Positions 30,241 through 39,316 of a DNA stretch of 64,000 nucleotides are shown here, piece by piece. Numbering within the stretch: the first letter of the stretch is position 1; each line of letters begins with the position of its first letter. This stretch comes from Candidatus Atabeyarchaeum deiterrae (lineage in GTDB: Archaea; Asgardarchaeota; Atabeyarchaeia; Atabeyarchaeales; Atabeyarchaeaceae). A program made the position numbers and the translations under genes. The stretch is taken from NCBI GenBank assembly GCA_037310415.1, contig CP147780.1:2624001-2688000 (forward strand), in the 5' to 3' direction. The notes under the pieces were generated by a model. That model saw only the letters and a list, made by a program, of their open reading frames with translations. It was not told where the DNA came from and did not search any database.

Positions 30241-32028
30241 TTGCTCAGTCTCGGCAGATCCGACTCCAGCAGCATCGGTGACGTTCAGATTCCAATTGAA
30301 GACCTGTGCATGCACTTGATTGATCTTGGAGAGTCGGGCTTCGGGAAGACGACACTCGTTACGAACTTGTTGGCTCAGATTTGGGATATTGATCCTGCCA
30401 TTCCGTGGCTTGTGTTCGATTTGAAGGGTGAGTATCTCCGCCACCTACCTTTTGTTCATGGGATAATTGTATTGAAGCCCGGTTTGAAGAAGACGGAGGT
30501 TTTCCGTCTCCAGTTGCCAGAAGATGATGGTGGCGGCTGTGTTGTCAGGTTCATGCCTCTGCGCGTAGATATCTTGGATACAAGGGGCGGAGGTTCTTCT
30601 GATGGCGGCATAGAGAGGGTTGCTGGGAGGGTATTCAATCTCTTACGTGAGTGTCTTGCATCGACCTTCAGGGAGAACTCGGACTTGAGTCCTCTGATGG
30701 AGAGGATACTCTGGGAATCCTTAGGTAGAGCGTACAAGGGTTATCGTGGGAGTGGAGGCTTCTTCAATCTGCTCCTCCATGAGATTGAAGCGTATGTTGA
30801 TGCTCACGAGAGGGGGAGAAGCGACATTGTGAGGAGCGGTGAAGCCCTTATCAACAGGATAGAGCGGTTTCGTAGAGGCTATCTGGGCGAGATCCTCAAC
30901 AGTGATAGCGCCGAGGGAACCTTCTCCTCCAAGATGCTTTCTTCACAGAAGGTAATCATAGACTTGTCTGAGTGCATACCTCAAGGCAGCACTGAGGATC
31001 TTCGTCTACTGTTGAATCTCATCATGGAGAGGATCTTCGAGGAAGCCGTTAGATCAGGTCTTGCCGAGGCTCATCTTGTTCGCCATGTAACTGTGATAGA
31101 GGATGCAAACATCCTGGTTCCAGAGGTGCTGCACAGGCGAACAATGGGAGATGTCACAGCTACTGAGGAAATGTTTCTTATCGCCCGCGGCTATGGTGAG
31201 GGTTTTATTCTGGTTGCGCAGCGCCCGACACTTAGCGCCTTCACTCTATCAAACGCTGGAACGAAGGTCATTTTCAGGACCCTGGGTGACTCCAAGAAGA
31301 TTGGGGAGACCCTTGGACTCGGCGAAGTAGCGCAGCAAACTGTGAGGAATTTGAAAAAGTTTGAGGCGCTGGTCATGACTGTTGATGGCAGACAGCACAA
31401 GGTTTCCACAGCTAAACCAAGACCACTAAGATACAGACCTTTACTCATTCGGCAGGAATCACCGAAGCCAAAACAATCGGTAAGCGCATCACCAGCATCA
31501 TCGAGTCTGCCAGTATCAACCTTTCCAGCACCAACTCAGGATTCCTCAAGATTGTCGGCATCCTTGTCTCAATCGACTCCTGCCCTTCTTGAGACGGCGC
31601 TTACTATTAGAGGAGATTGCGATGCCAGCCCAAAACGTGAGAGAGTCGATGTGGATCCTATTGTGAAGCTAGATGAGATTCGTGGCGACGATGATGGCCT
31701 TGGTGAGGAGGACGTAAACAGACTTCTGAAAAGAGGGCTCACGTCTGACAAGTTCAAGCTGTTTAGAGTAACTGCATCCTCCTCACAATCAAGGATAAGC
31801 GTGTTGGATGCCGTTGACAGAGTCTTCGGCGGAAGGAAGTGGAAGTGCTTCGACGCAATCAGAAGCCTAACGACAAAATCCGCTTGGAACAACTTGCTTA
31901 TTTCCTTGGTTCAGAACGGCACAACACTGCAACTCACGGAGCATGGGAAGAAAGTGTGGAGTGTCATCCAACCACTTCTAACCGCCCTAAAGCGAAGAGA
32001 TGAGCCTTCAATAAAACCACATCACTAA
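30241..32028 (+). CDS. HerA/VirB4-like (DUF87) P-loop ATPase
   Basis: GESGFGKTT Walker A, VFDLKGEY, VIEDA Walker B, ARGYGEGFILVAQRP. Confidence 0.8.
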   Translation: MLSLGRSDSSSIGDVQIPIEDLCMHLIDLGESGFGKTTLVTNLLAQIWDIDPAIPWLVFDLKGEYLRHLPFVHGIIVLKPGLKKTEVFRLQLPEDDGGGCVVRFMPLRVDILDTRGGGSSDGGIERVAGRVFNLLRECLASTFRENSDLSPLMERILWESLGRAYKGYRGSGGFFNLLLHEIEAYVDAHERGRSDIVRSGEALINRIERFRRGYLGEILNSDSAEGTFSSKMLSSQKVIIDLSECIPQGSTEDLRLLLNLIMERIFEEAVRSGLAEAHLVRHVTVIEDANILVPEVLHRRTMGDVTATEEMFLIARGYGEGFILVAQRPTLSAFTLSNAGTKVIFRTLGDSKKIGETLGLGEVAQQTVRNLKKFEALVMTVDGRQHKVSTAKPRPLRYRPLLIRQESPKPKQSVSASPASSSLPVSTFPAPTQDSSRLSASLSQSTPALLETALTIRGDCDASPKRERVDVDPIVKLDEIRGDDDGLGEEDVNRLLKRGLTSDKFKLFRVTASSSQSRISVLDAVDRVFGGRKWKCFDAIRSLTTKSAWNNLLISLVQNGTTLQLTEHGKKVWSVIQPLLTALKRRDEPSIKPHH

Positions 32029-32986
32029 TCTACAAGAGTTCCTGCGCGGAGCGTTGAAATGGTGTGGAACGTTGAAGGTGATGCAGGCCATAATCACTGG
32101 AATACGTAAGCAACATAGAGCTGCTGTAGACGCGTCTACTCTTAGCGAGAAGAATGGCTCGACACCTTTGGGGAAAACAATGGATCAAACACCCAGATAC
32201 AACTACAATTCTTCCCAAATCAAACGACAATACTCAAAGCACTTGACTATCAGCGAATCCTCGACAACCACAAATCCTCCTTCCCCTTTTTTTCTCCTTC
32301 TTCTCTCTATTCATTTTGCTCTCCCCCACCCACCAACATCCTAACGACCGACAAATCGCCGTGAACCTCATGCCGCGTTTCGAATGGAAGTGATTCGCAT
32401 TTTCGCTTAGTATGTGGTGAACGGGCGCGGAGAGAGCAAGTAAGCCGGCAGGCTGAAAAATCGAAAAAGAAGAGAGAAGGAGACACTTACTTTCACCTTT
32501 GCGTCAGCCGGAAGGCTGACCACGCAAGCGAAGATCGACCGACAGATTGGGGAATCGCGCGCCAGTCAAGTGCATGAATAACTTGATGATCAGAGTCCGC
32601 TTTCAAACCAAAGGAACAGGGAACATTGAAGACACTACAAGCTAAGACGATGAGTATCATTGAAACGCTGAAATCGAGTAGCAGAAAAGTGATGAGGTGA
32701 TAATGAAGTGAGTAAGTTACGCTCTCCTTTGACAATCTCTCTTCCCTACACAAGTAGGAGTCACAGGTCAGGGCCTCAAGCCTCCTGCTAGGTCTAGCAT
32801 AACAAACAGGTGGCTGTGGGCGGGGCTCACTCCGTTATCACCCTCAAGAGCAAGAAGTCACCGGCGCACAGTGCAACCATTGAGGATTGGTTTCCTTCCA
32901 CTAAAAGAGGAGAGAACACCCTCCACTCACCCCTGCAAATATGCTAGGATGTCCTGCAGTCTGGCCCTGATGCTGAACTAGTCTTT

Positions 32987-34372
32987 GTGTGGCGGAAGAG
33001 AGGTCAAAGAGTAGGAAGGAAAGTAGAGATCCTGAATCCAGCGCAACTATGGAAAGAACTCAAAAGAATACCATTGAGACAAATTGCTGGGAAACACGGT
33101 GTAACACGTAGAACAATATCCTTCAAATTGCGGAGAATCAGCGAAAAGAAGTACGAAAAGATCATAGCCAAACGAAGAACACGCAGCACACAGCAACAAA
33201 CATTGATTTCAGAGTCAACATGGATCAAACTAGAAGACGGACACACCATACGACAGATCGCCAAAGAACAAGGCTTACATCCTTCAATTCTCCACGAAAG
33301 AATGCAACCAAGCAGAAGATACGACGAGATCAGAACCAAACTAAAAGAAACCAAGATACATGTGATGCAAGAAGCAGCAAAGCGATTCAAACAAGGAGAA
33401 ACACTGGCAGAACTCTCAAAGGAAATCAAAGTGGGACAGGGCACTCTTAGAGAAGAAATCCGCAGGACAATAGGACAAAAGAAGTACCAGAGAATCATCG
33501 AAGAAAGAAGGCGAAACCCGAAAAACAAGATCCCAACCAAAATCATAGAAGTAGCAGCAAAACGACTCAAAAGTGGAACGAAGATCATAGAACTTACCAG
33601 GGAACTCAGGATACATCGAAAGACTCTAAGAAGAAGACTGCGCGAAAGACTCGGAGGCAAATACAACAGAATTATGCAGAAGCGAAGGATTCCAGACAAG
33701 CTGTTTCACAAATCATCGCAGAAGTTCATGGAAGGCTATTCATTAAGCTTGCTTTCGAAAGAGTACGAAATACCACTACAAACACTGCACCGAAGACTAC
33801 CGAGGATAATAGGCAAAAAGAAGTACAAAGACATCATTAGAAAAAGACAGCTGCACATATTCTTTGGAACATTGACAAAAGGAGCAATCAGCAAATACGA
33901 GCTCAAAGTCAAAGAACTGCTAAACAAGAACAAAGTTCGATTTAGCACAACAACCATCATTGAGACGAATGGGCACAGATACTTTCCCGACTTCGTGATT
34001 TGCCGCAGTAAAACACCTTTAGTAATCGAAGCCACAGGAATGAACATTGAAGAATACTGGAAGAAGTACAAACGAAAACTAGAGGACTACGAAGCAGCAG
34101 GATACAAATCGCTATTTGTTGCATCAGATACATCAGTGTACAAGATGGCGTTGAAATACGTCCACGAAGATGTTCTTGTCAAATTCAACGAATTCAAAGA
34201 CAAAGTCGCATCCCTAAAAAAGGTGCCGAACAAACGGGATTGCTCGCGCCCAATGGCAAATAGGACGCCGAAAAACACTGCCGACATCCCACTTGTAATC
34301 TCTCAGATAGTCTGCTTCAAAGAGATAGGTAACCAGCTGATACTTCTCCCGGCGGAATGTCAATTAGCTTAA
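32987..34372 (+). CDS. Multi-HTH-repeat protein with C-terminal PD-(D/E)XK-like nuclease domain
   Basis: Repeated G.TL.ELSKE..I...TL...LRR.IG.KKY..II units; YFPDFVI...LVIEATG. Confidence 0.65.
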   Translation: MWRKRGQRVGRKVEILNPAQLWKELKRIPLRQIAGKHGVTRRTISFKLRRISEKKYEKIIAKRRTRSTQQQTLISESTWIKLEDGHTIRQIAKEQGLHPSILHERMQPSRRYDEIRTKLKETKIHVMQEAAKRFKQGETLAELSKEIKVGQGTLREEIRRTIGQKKYQRIIEERRRNPKNKIPTKIIEVAAKRLKSGTKIIELTRELRIHRKTLRRRLRERLGGKYNRIMQKRRIPDKLFHKSSQKFMEGYSLSLLSKEYEIPLQTLHRRLPRIIGKKKYKDIIRKRQLHIFFGTLTKGAISKYELKVKELLNKNKVRFSTTTIIETNGHRYFPDFVICRSKTPLVIEATGMNIEEYWKKYKRKLEDYEAAGYKSLFVASDTSVYKMALKYVHEDVLVKFNEFKDKVASLKKVPNKRDCSRPMANRTPKNTADIPLVISQIVCFKEIGNQLILLPAECQLA

Positions 34373-34790
34373 AGTCGACCCGGTCATTATCTTCAATTAC
34401 TTCATATATCCGTGTATATGTTGCTTGTTCCGCCTTTGCTTGAATGAGCAATACTTTTCTCTTGTCAGACGATTTCTTGACATCTCCGTAAACATAATTG
34501 TTAAGAAAATCCACCCTACCTCTTGGAGTCATCTTGCTCAGGTCTGACATCCATGCCGTCAGCGCTATTGCAACCCAATCCACAGCGCTTTTACTCAATT
34601 TAAGCAGAACTTGTTTGACTGTTCTTCTGCCATAGCAGAGCGCGGCAGTCTTGTGGCCACCAACAGAATAGAAGACCGTTGGAGGTAGCTCTCTGTCTCT
34701 TTCGACATCGCGCTTCGATAGCTCTGACAGCTCTTCTACAACAGCGGCAAGAGCGTATTTCTCTCCTTTCAATCCCAAGATCTGAATCAC
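34317..34790 (-). CDS. Hypothetical protein
   Basis: 157-aa ORF with GAGGTG RBS; convergent and overlapping with the nuclease gene end. Confidence 0.5.
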   Translation of the reverse strand: MIQILGLKGEKYALAAVVEELSELSKRDVERDRELPPTVFYSVGGHKTAALCYGRRTVKQVLLKLSKSAVDWVAIALTAWMSDLSKMTPRGRVDFLNNYVYGDVKKSSDKRKVLLIQAKAEQATYTRIYEVIEDNDRVDFKLIDIPPGEVSAGYLSL

Positions 34791-35187
34791 CTCGCGATTC
34801 CCGGCCCCAAGACTGTCCTTCTCCTATACGGAATGAGGGAATGAAAGATCCTTGAGATATTGTCATAATCGGCTTACTTAAAAGCCACTATCGATCAAGA
34901 AGCTCGGCAGGAAGACTGGAGTAACAACGCCCCCCTTTGTTTCCTTATTCTTGTTGCGTTTTGATGGCCACGTTTCGCAGTGTGTTGAGAACAAGCTAGT
35001 CGTTTCACTGGAAAATGATGAAAGGAGAAATAGAAGATTTAAGAAGCATCTCATGCTATTACTTTCTTTGAGGAGTAGCTTTTTCTGGGAAATCCCTCAA
35101 AGATTTTCGTAAGAACCAACCAATAAACGTGGATATGAAAAACGAGGGAGTACTTGGCAAGCTATCAGCATAGATGGGTGTGAGGAC

Positions 35188-36213
35188 ATGAATTTAGAAC
35201 GGGTTGTAGTTAAACCCTATGAACAGTCTCTGTTCTCTGCTTTGAGTTTTGAGATAGAAATAAGTGTTACAAGGTATGAGGAGACGATCTTGTGTGTAAA
35301 CGGATGGATAGAGACAGATGACAGAAAGATGATTGGCATTGGCAGCCTGTGTCGCCAAGATATCTCAAAGCATGGTGAACTTGGGGCTAAGGAGCTTCCA
35401 GAATCAAGTCGCCCCTCTGCGAAAGACACTTGGAATGCTAGTCTAATAGTGTTCTTGGATAGCATATCCTTGGATCACATAGAGACGCGGAGGAAGCAAG
35501 ACAAGAAGGGAGATGTAAGGTTAGTTCTGAACTTGGAAGTTATTAGTGCTGAAAGTCGAACTTTTGTTTCTCCAGTCTACGGAATTCCTGCCGAGAAGAT
35601 CGGCTTAACTGTGAGAGAGATTCATGGGCAATACGGGCAACCTACATTGTACTCTCCAGTTATACATATTTCTTCAGGCGTGGTCCCTCTATATCACAGC
35701 GATCTCAAGCTACTCTCTCCAGACCCTCATTCCTCTGTTTTCTTATCACTGAGGACAAATACCTTTAGCCACGAAACAAGGATTCCGTCGACAGACTGGA
35801 TCCAAGATTACTCTCCTAGACTCGGACTTGGCGAGTTCTTCGTTTTCCAGATGGGAAGAGGTGAGAAAGCAATCAAGGATGCATGGAACTACATTGAAAA
35901 AGCTCAAGAGTCCCTGTCATTGGGGATCACCAAAGGGGTTTATGGGAATTGTCGGGATATGGGATTCCTGCTTGACAGAACCCTAAGAGATAAAATTGGG
36001 CAAAACAGCTTTGCATACCAAGAGAAATGGGGTCGTACTTACAACAATTTCAAACACTTGGCATCACTTGATCTGCACTTGGAAGAGCATAGAAAATCAG
36101 AGAAATATGGCTCTAATAATGTAGTGGTCACGAGTGCGGATGCAGAACATGTGTTGCTGATAGCTAAGATGATGGTGAAAAATGCAGACGAATTGCTGCG
36201 AGAAAGTAAATGA
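35188..36213 (+). CDS. Hypothetical protein, paralog of 27545-28564
   Basis: Collinear similarity over the full length with the 339-aa protein. Confidence 0.7.
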   Translation: MNLERVVVKPYEQSLFSALSFEIEISVTRYEETILCVNGWIETDDRKMIGIGSLCRQDISKHGELGAKELPESSRPSAKDTWNASLIVFLDSISLDHIETRRKQDKKGDVRLVLNLEVISAESRTFVSPVYGIPAEKIGLTVREIHGQYGQPTLYSPVIHISSGVVPLYHSDLKLLSPDPHSSVFLSLRTNTFSHETRIPSTDWIQDYSPRLGLGEFFVFQMGRGEKAIKDAWNYIEKAQESLSLGITKGVYGNCRDMGFLLDRTLRDKIGQNSFAYQEKWGRTYNNFKHLASLDLHLEEHRKSEKYGSNNVVVTSADAEHVLLIAKMMVKNADELLRESK

Positions 36214-36344
36214 TGAGAGTGAAGAGTATTAGGTGAAAGAACCCGAGAAACGCAAGAGAAGACAGTTAGTGAAATACTTAAACTTCTGTAAGGCAGTTTC
36301 CGAACGACTGAAGAGTCATGCGAGAATTGCTGGAGGGCGGTTCC

Positions 36345-39023
36345 ATGAGCTATCCAAAACATGAAGCAAAAAAGATAGTCAAAGAACTCGTGGATTTCTA
36401 TGATTCGAACAAAGACAAGCTGAAAGGAATTAGCGAGACAGACACAAGAGTGAAGTTCATAGATCGGCTTTTCGAATCGTTGGGATGGGATGTCTGGGGG
36501 AGGAGAATTCCCGACGAGGTGCAAAGAGAGGAAGGGGTCAAAGGCAGAGAGCCCACTAAGAAAAAAGCGGATTATAGTTTTCGTATTGCTGGCGTAACCC
36601 ACCTTATTGTCGAAGCCAAAGCACTAGGAGAAGACTTGGAAAGAAAAGATTTCATTAAACAAGCCATATCATATGCCTACAACAAGGCGTGTTCTTGGGC
36701 CGTTTTGACGGATTTCAGAATCATTAAGATCTTCTATGTGGATAGGGAAAGTGACTTTCCATTCTACATGATCAGGCTAGATGATGTCAAGGGATTTGAT
36801 GAGAACTTTGAAATACTTTGGTTTCTTTCAAAGGAGAGTTTCTTGAACAACTCACTCGAAAGTGAAGCAATTAAGCGCGGGATAAGGAAGGAAAAGATAT
36901 CGATCGACAAGGCGTTGTTTGAGGACCTTAGAAAATGGAGAGAATTGCTTTCTAAAGACATCAGAAGAAGATATGCTGACAAATATGCCCCACTTGTTAT
37001 TGACGAGATAGTCCAGAGTATTATAGACAGACTGATTTTCATCAGGAAAGCCGAGGATTCGGAACTAGAAGAGAAGAAACTAGATCAGTTGACTCGAAGA
37101 TTCAACGACAATACTTTTCTAGATCTTATGAAAGTATTCGCTGAATACAAAGAGAAATACAATAGTAGACTATTCGGAGAGAGCAGGACCGAAGAAGAAG
37201 TAGTGGCGGGTAAAACGGAGAAAGCCGAAGTTGACAAAATAGTGATTAGCAACAATGTCATTTCACAAGTTGTTCGCAGCATGTACACATCCGAGGGAAG
37301 CGACATAGAGTACAATTTTGCGGTCATAGATGCGGACATTCTCGGGAACATATATGAGCAGTATCTCGCCTTCATCTTGGGGCAAACACCAACCAAGACG
37401 AAGCTAGAGGGGGGAATTGCACATAGAAAAGAGCAAGGGATATACTATACGCCGACCTATATTGTTGATTACATTGTTAGAAATACTGTCGGTGAAATCC
37501 TGAAGAGCAAGAAACTCGAAGACTTGGAGAAAGTAAGGATCTTGGATCCTGCATGTGGTTCCGGCTCGTTCTTGATAAAGGTCTTTGATGTTATCAATGA
37601 GTACTACACGAATGGAAAGAGCGAGTTACCTTATGCTAGAAGAAAGGAGATCCTAGAGCGACATATTTTTGGTGTTGATCTAGATCCAAAAGCCGTAGAA
37701 ATTGCTCAACTCAATCTTTCGTTGAAAATTGCAGAAAAAGGGCACAGATTGCCGTTACTGCAGAAGAACATTAAGTGTGGCAACAGCATAATCAGTGACA
37801 AATCGATAGGCGGTGACAGCGCTTTCGTCTGGGATACCGAATTCCCTGACATAAGGAAAGATGGTTGGTTTGATGTGATAATTGGAAATCCTCCATACTT
37901 CAAGATCTTTGAGAACGATCCTTTGAACAAGACGGTCGATTATCAGGAAATAAAATCTGGAATGATGAATGCTTCGGCTCTCTTCATAAATAGGTCCCTT
38001 AGACTACTCAAGAAGGGCGGCTACTTGGGGATGATTGTCCCGAAGATGCTGGCATTTACGGACTCTTGGGACAAGATAAGGGACAAACTTCTACGGAACT
38101 TTAGGATCCTGAAGGTTGTTGACTGTGGAAAAGCGTTCAGAGGAGTTCTGCTCGAACAGATTATCTTCATACTCAAGAACGAGTCTGAGGATTTGGATAG
38201 AAACCTGATAACCGTAGGCGAACTCAATAATCAAGTGATAGCCGAGACAGCCAAAGTTCCGCAGAAACTCTGCCTAGAAGAGAATAGCATACATCTAGAG
38301 CCCAAGCAGATTGCCTATGAAATTAAAAGGAAGATAGAGAGATCAAAGACCACTCTGGGAGATGTATCGCATATAATGCTTGGATTGGGAATTCAAGGAA
38401 AGGATTTCTTTACCGACGAATACATGAGTGGATATGAAAAGGTTCTGAGAGGAGATGACATTCAGAGATATGTCATAAGAGGATGTAGGTTCTACAATCC
38501 AAACGATAAAAACATCGTCAAGATAAAAGATACAATTGAGAGGTTCAAGACGTCTCACATAGTAGCGCAAAGAATAGTAGCACACATACAAGATCATATC
38601 AAATTGACTTGTGCACTCGATGAAGAGGGCCTTTTTTCCTTCAATACTGTCACCAATATTTTCGTCATGGACAAGAAGTATCCGATGGAGTACATTCTGG
38701 CTCTACTGAATTCAAATGCAGTCCAGTACTATACTTACAAGTTCATTTACAACAATGCTATCAGGTCCATGGATTTCTATAAGGCGTATGCAAAGAAGAT
38801 CCCTCTGCCTAAATATGACAAAAACCGGCAGGATGGTATTGCGAAACTTGCAAGGGGACTGATAACTATGCACAAAAAACTCTTTGATTTGGGTGGTCAG
38901 CAGACTAACGAAACACAGAGGTTGAAAGATGAGATAGAGAGAACACAAAAGGAGATTGACAACGGAATCTACGCATTGTACGGTCTCGATCAAGATGAGA
39001 TGAAGATAATCGAGAAGCGTTAG
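36345..39023 (+). CDS. Type IIG restriction-modification enzyme (HsdR-N-like nuclease + N6-adenine MTase + TaqI-like TRD)
   Basis: ADY...VEAK...QAISYA...LTDF; GIYYTP; ILDPACGSGSFL; IGNPPY; LALLNS. Confidence 0.9.
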   Translation: MSYPKHEAKKIVKELVDFYDSNKDKLKGISETDTRVKFIDRLFESLGWDVWGRRIPDEVQREEGVKGREPTKKKADYSFRIAGVTHLIVEAKALGEDLERKDFIKQAISYAYNKACSWAVLTDFRIIKIFYVDRESDFPFYMIRLDDVKGFDENFEILWFLSKESFLNNSLESEAIKRGIRKEKISIDKALFEDLRKWRELLSKDIRRRYADKYAPLVIDEIVQSIIDRLIFIRKAEDSELEEKKLDQLTRRFNDNTFLDLMKVFAEYKEKYNSRLFGESRTEEEVVAGKTEKAEVDKIVISNNVISQVVRSMYTSEGSDIEYNFAVIDADILGNIYEQYLAFILGQTPTKTKLEGGIAHRKEQGIYYTPTYIVDYIVRNTVGEILKSKKLEDLEKVRILDPACGSGSFLIKVFDVINEYYTNGKSELPYARRKEILERHIFGVDLDPKAVEIAQLNLSLKIAEKGHRLPLLQKNIKCGNSIISDKSIGGDSAFVWDTEFPDIRKDGWFDVIIGNPPYFKIFENDPLNKTVDYQEIKSGMMNASALFINRSLRLLKKGGYLGMIVPKMLAFTDSWDKIRDKLLRNFRILKVVDCGKAFRGVLLEQIIFILKNESEDLDRNLITVGELNNQVIAETAKVPQKLCLEENSIHLEPKQIAYEIKRKIERSKTTLGDVSHIMLGLGIQGKDFFTDEYMSGYEKVLRGDDIQRYVIRGCRFYNPNDKNIVKIKDTIERFKTSHIVAQRIVAHIQDHIKLTCALDEEGLFSFNTVTNIFVMDKKYPMEYILALLNSNAVQYYTYKFIYNNAIRSMDFYKAYAKKIPLPKYDKNRQDGIAKLARGLITMHKKLFDLGGQQTNETQRLKDEIERTQKEIDNGIYALYGLDQDEMKIIEKR

Positions 39024-39270
39024 TGCAAGCGAGTGCTTCCAGGGAATGTTCGGGAGAAATTGGCAAAGTCCGCCAAGGACAAGGTGGGCAGGACAGAGAT
39101 AGGCAAAGAAAGCTCGTGAAGGAACTTGAAGCCGAGTGTGAGCAAGTACTTAAAGAGACCGAACTCGGGAGGCGCTAGATAGGCAGGGCTAGGGCTTGCA
39201 GGGTTTTAGGGTTTTTAGAGTAGATTGATAAACAATCGAGAATATAGCAACCTCACATTCCCATAGGACT

Positions 39271-39290
39271 CCAAAAAAAAGAAAGAGGGA
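39271..39290 (-). terminator. U-rich archaeal terminator tract of RLP gene
   Basis: ccaaaaaaaagaaagaggga on + strand, ~30 nt past the TAG; similar tracts flank most repeat copies. Confidence 0.55.
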
Positions 39291-39316
39291 AATTTACTGA
39301 TTTCCGTCTAGCTTCC

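Noticed and set aside
33004-33699. 231-aa antisense ORF opposite the multi-HTH nuclease
   Set aside because: Low-complexity L/S/F shadow of an A-rich coding strand.
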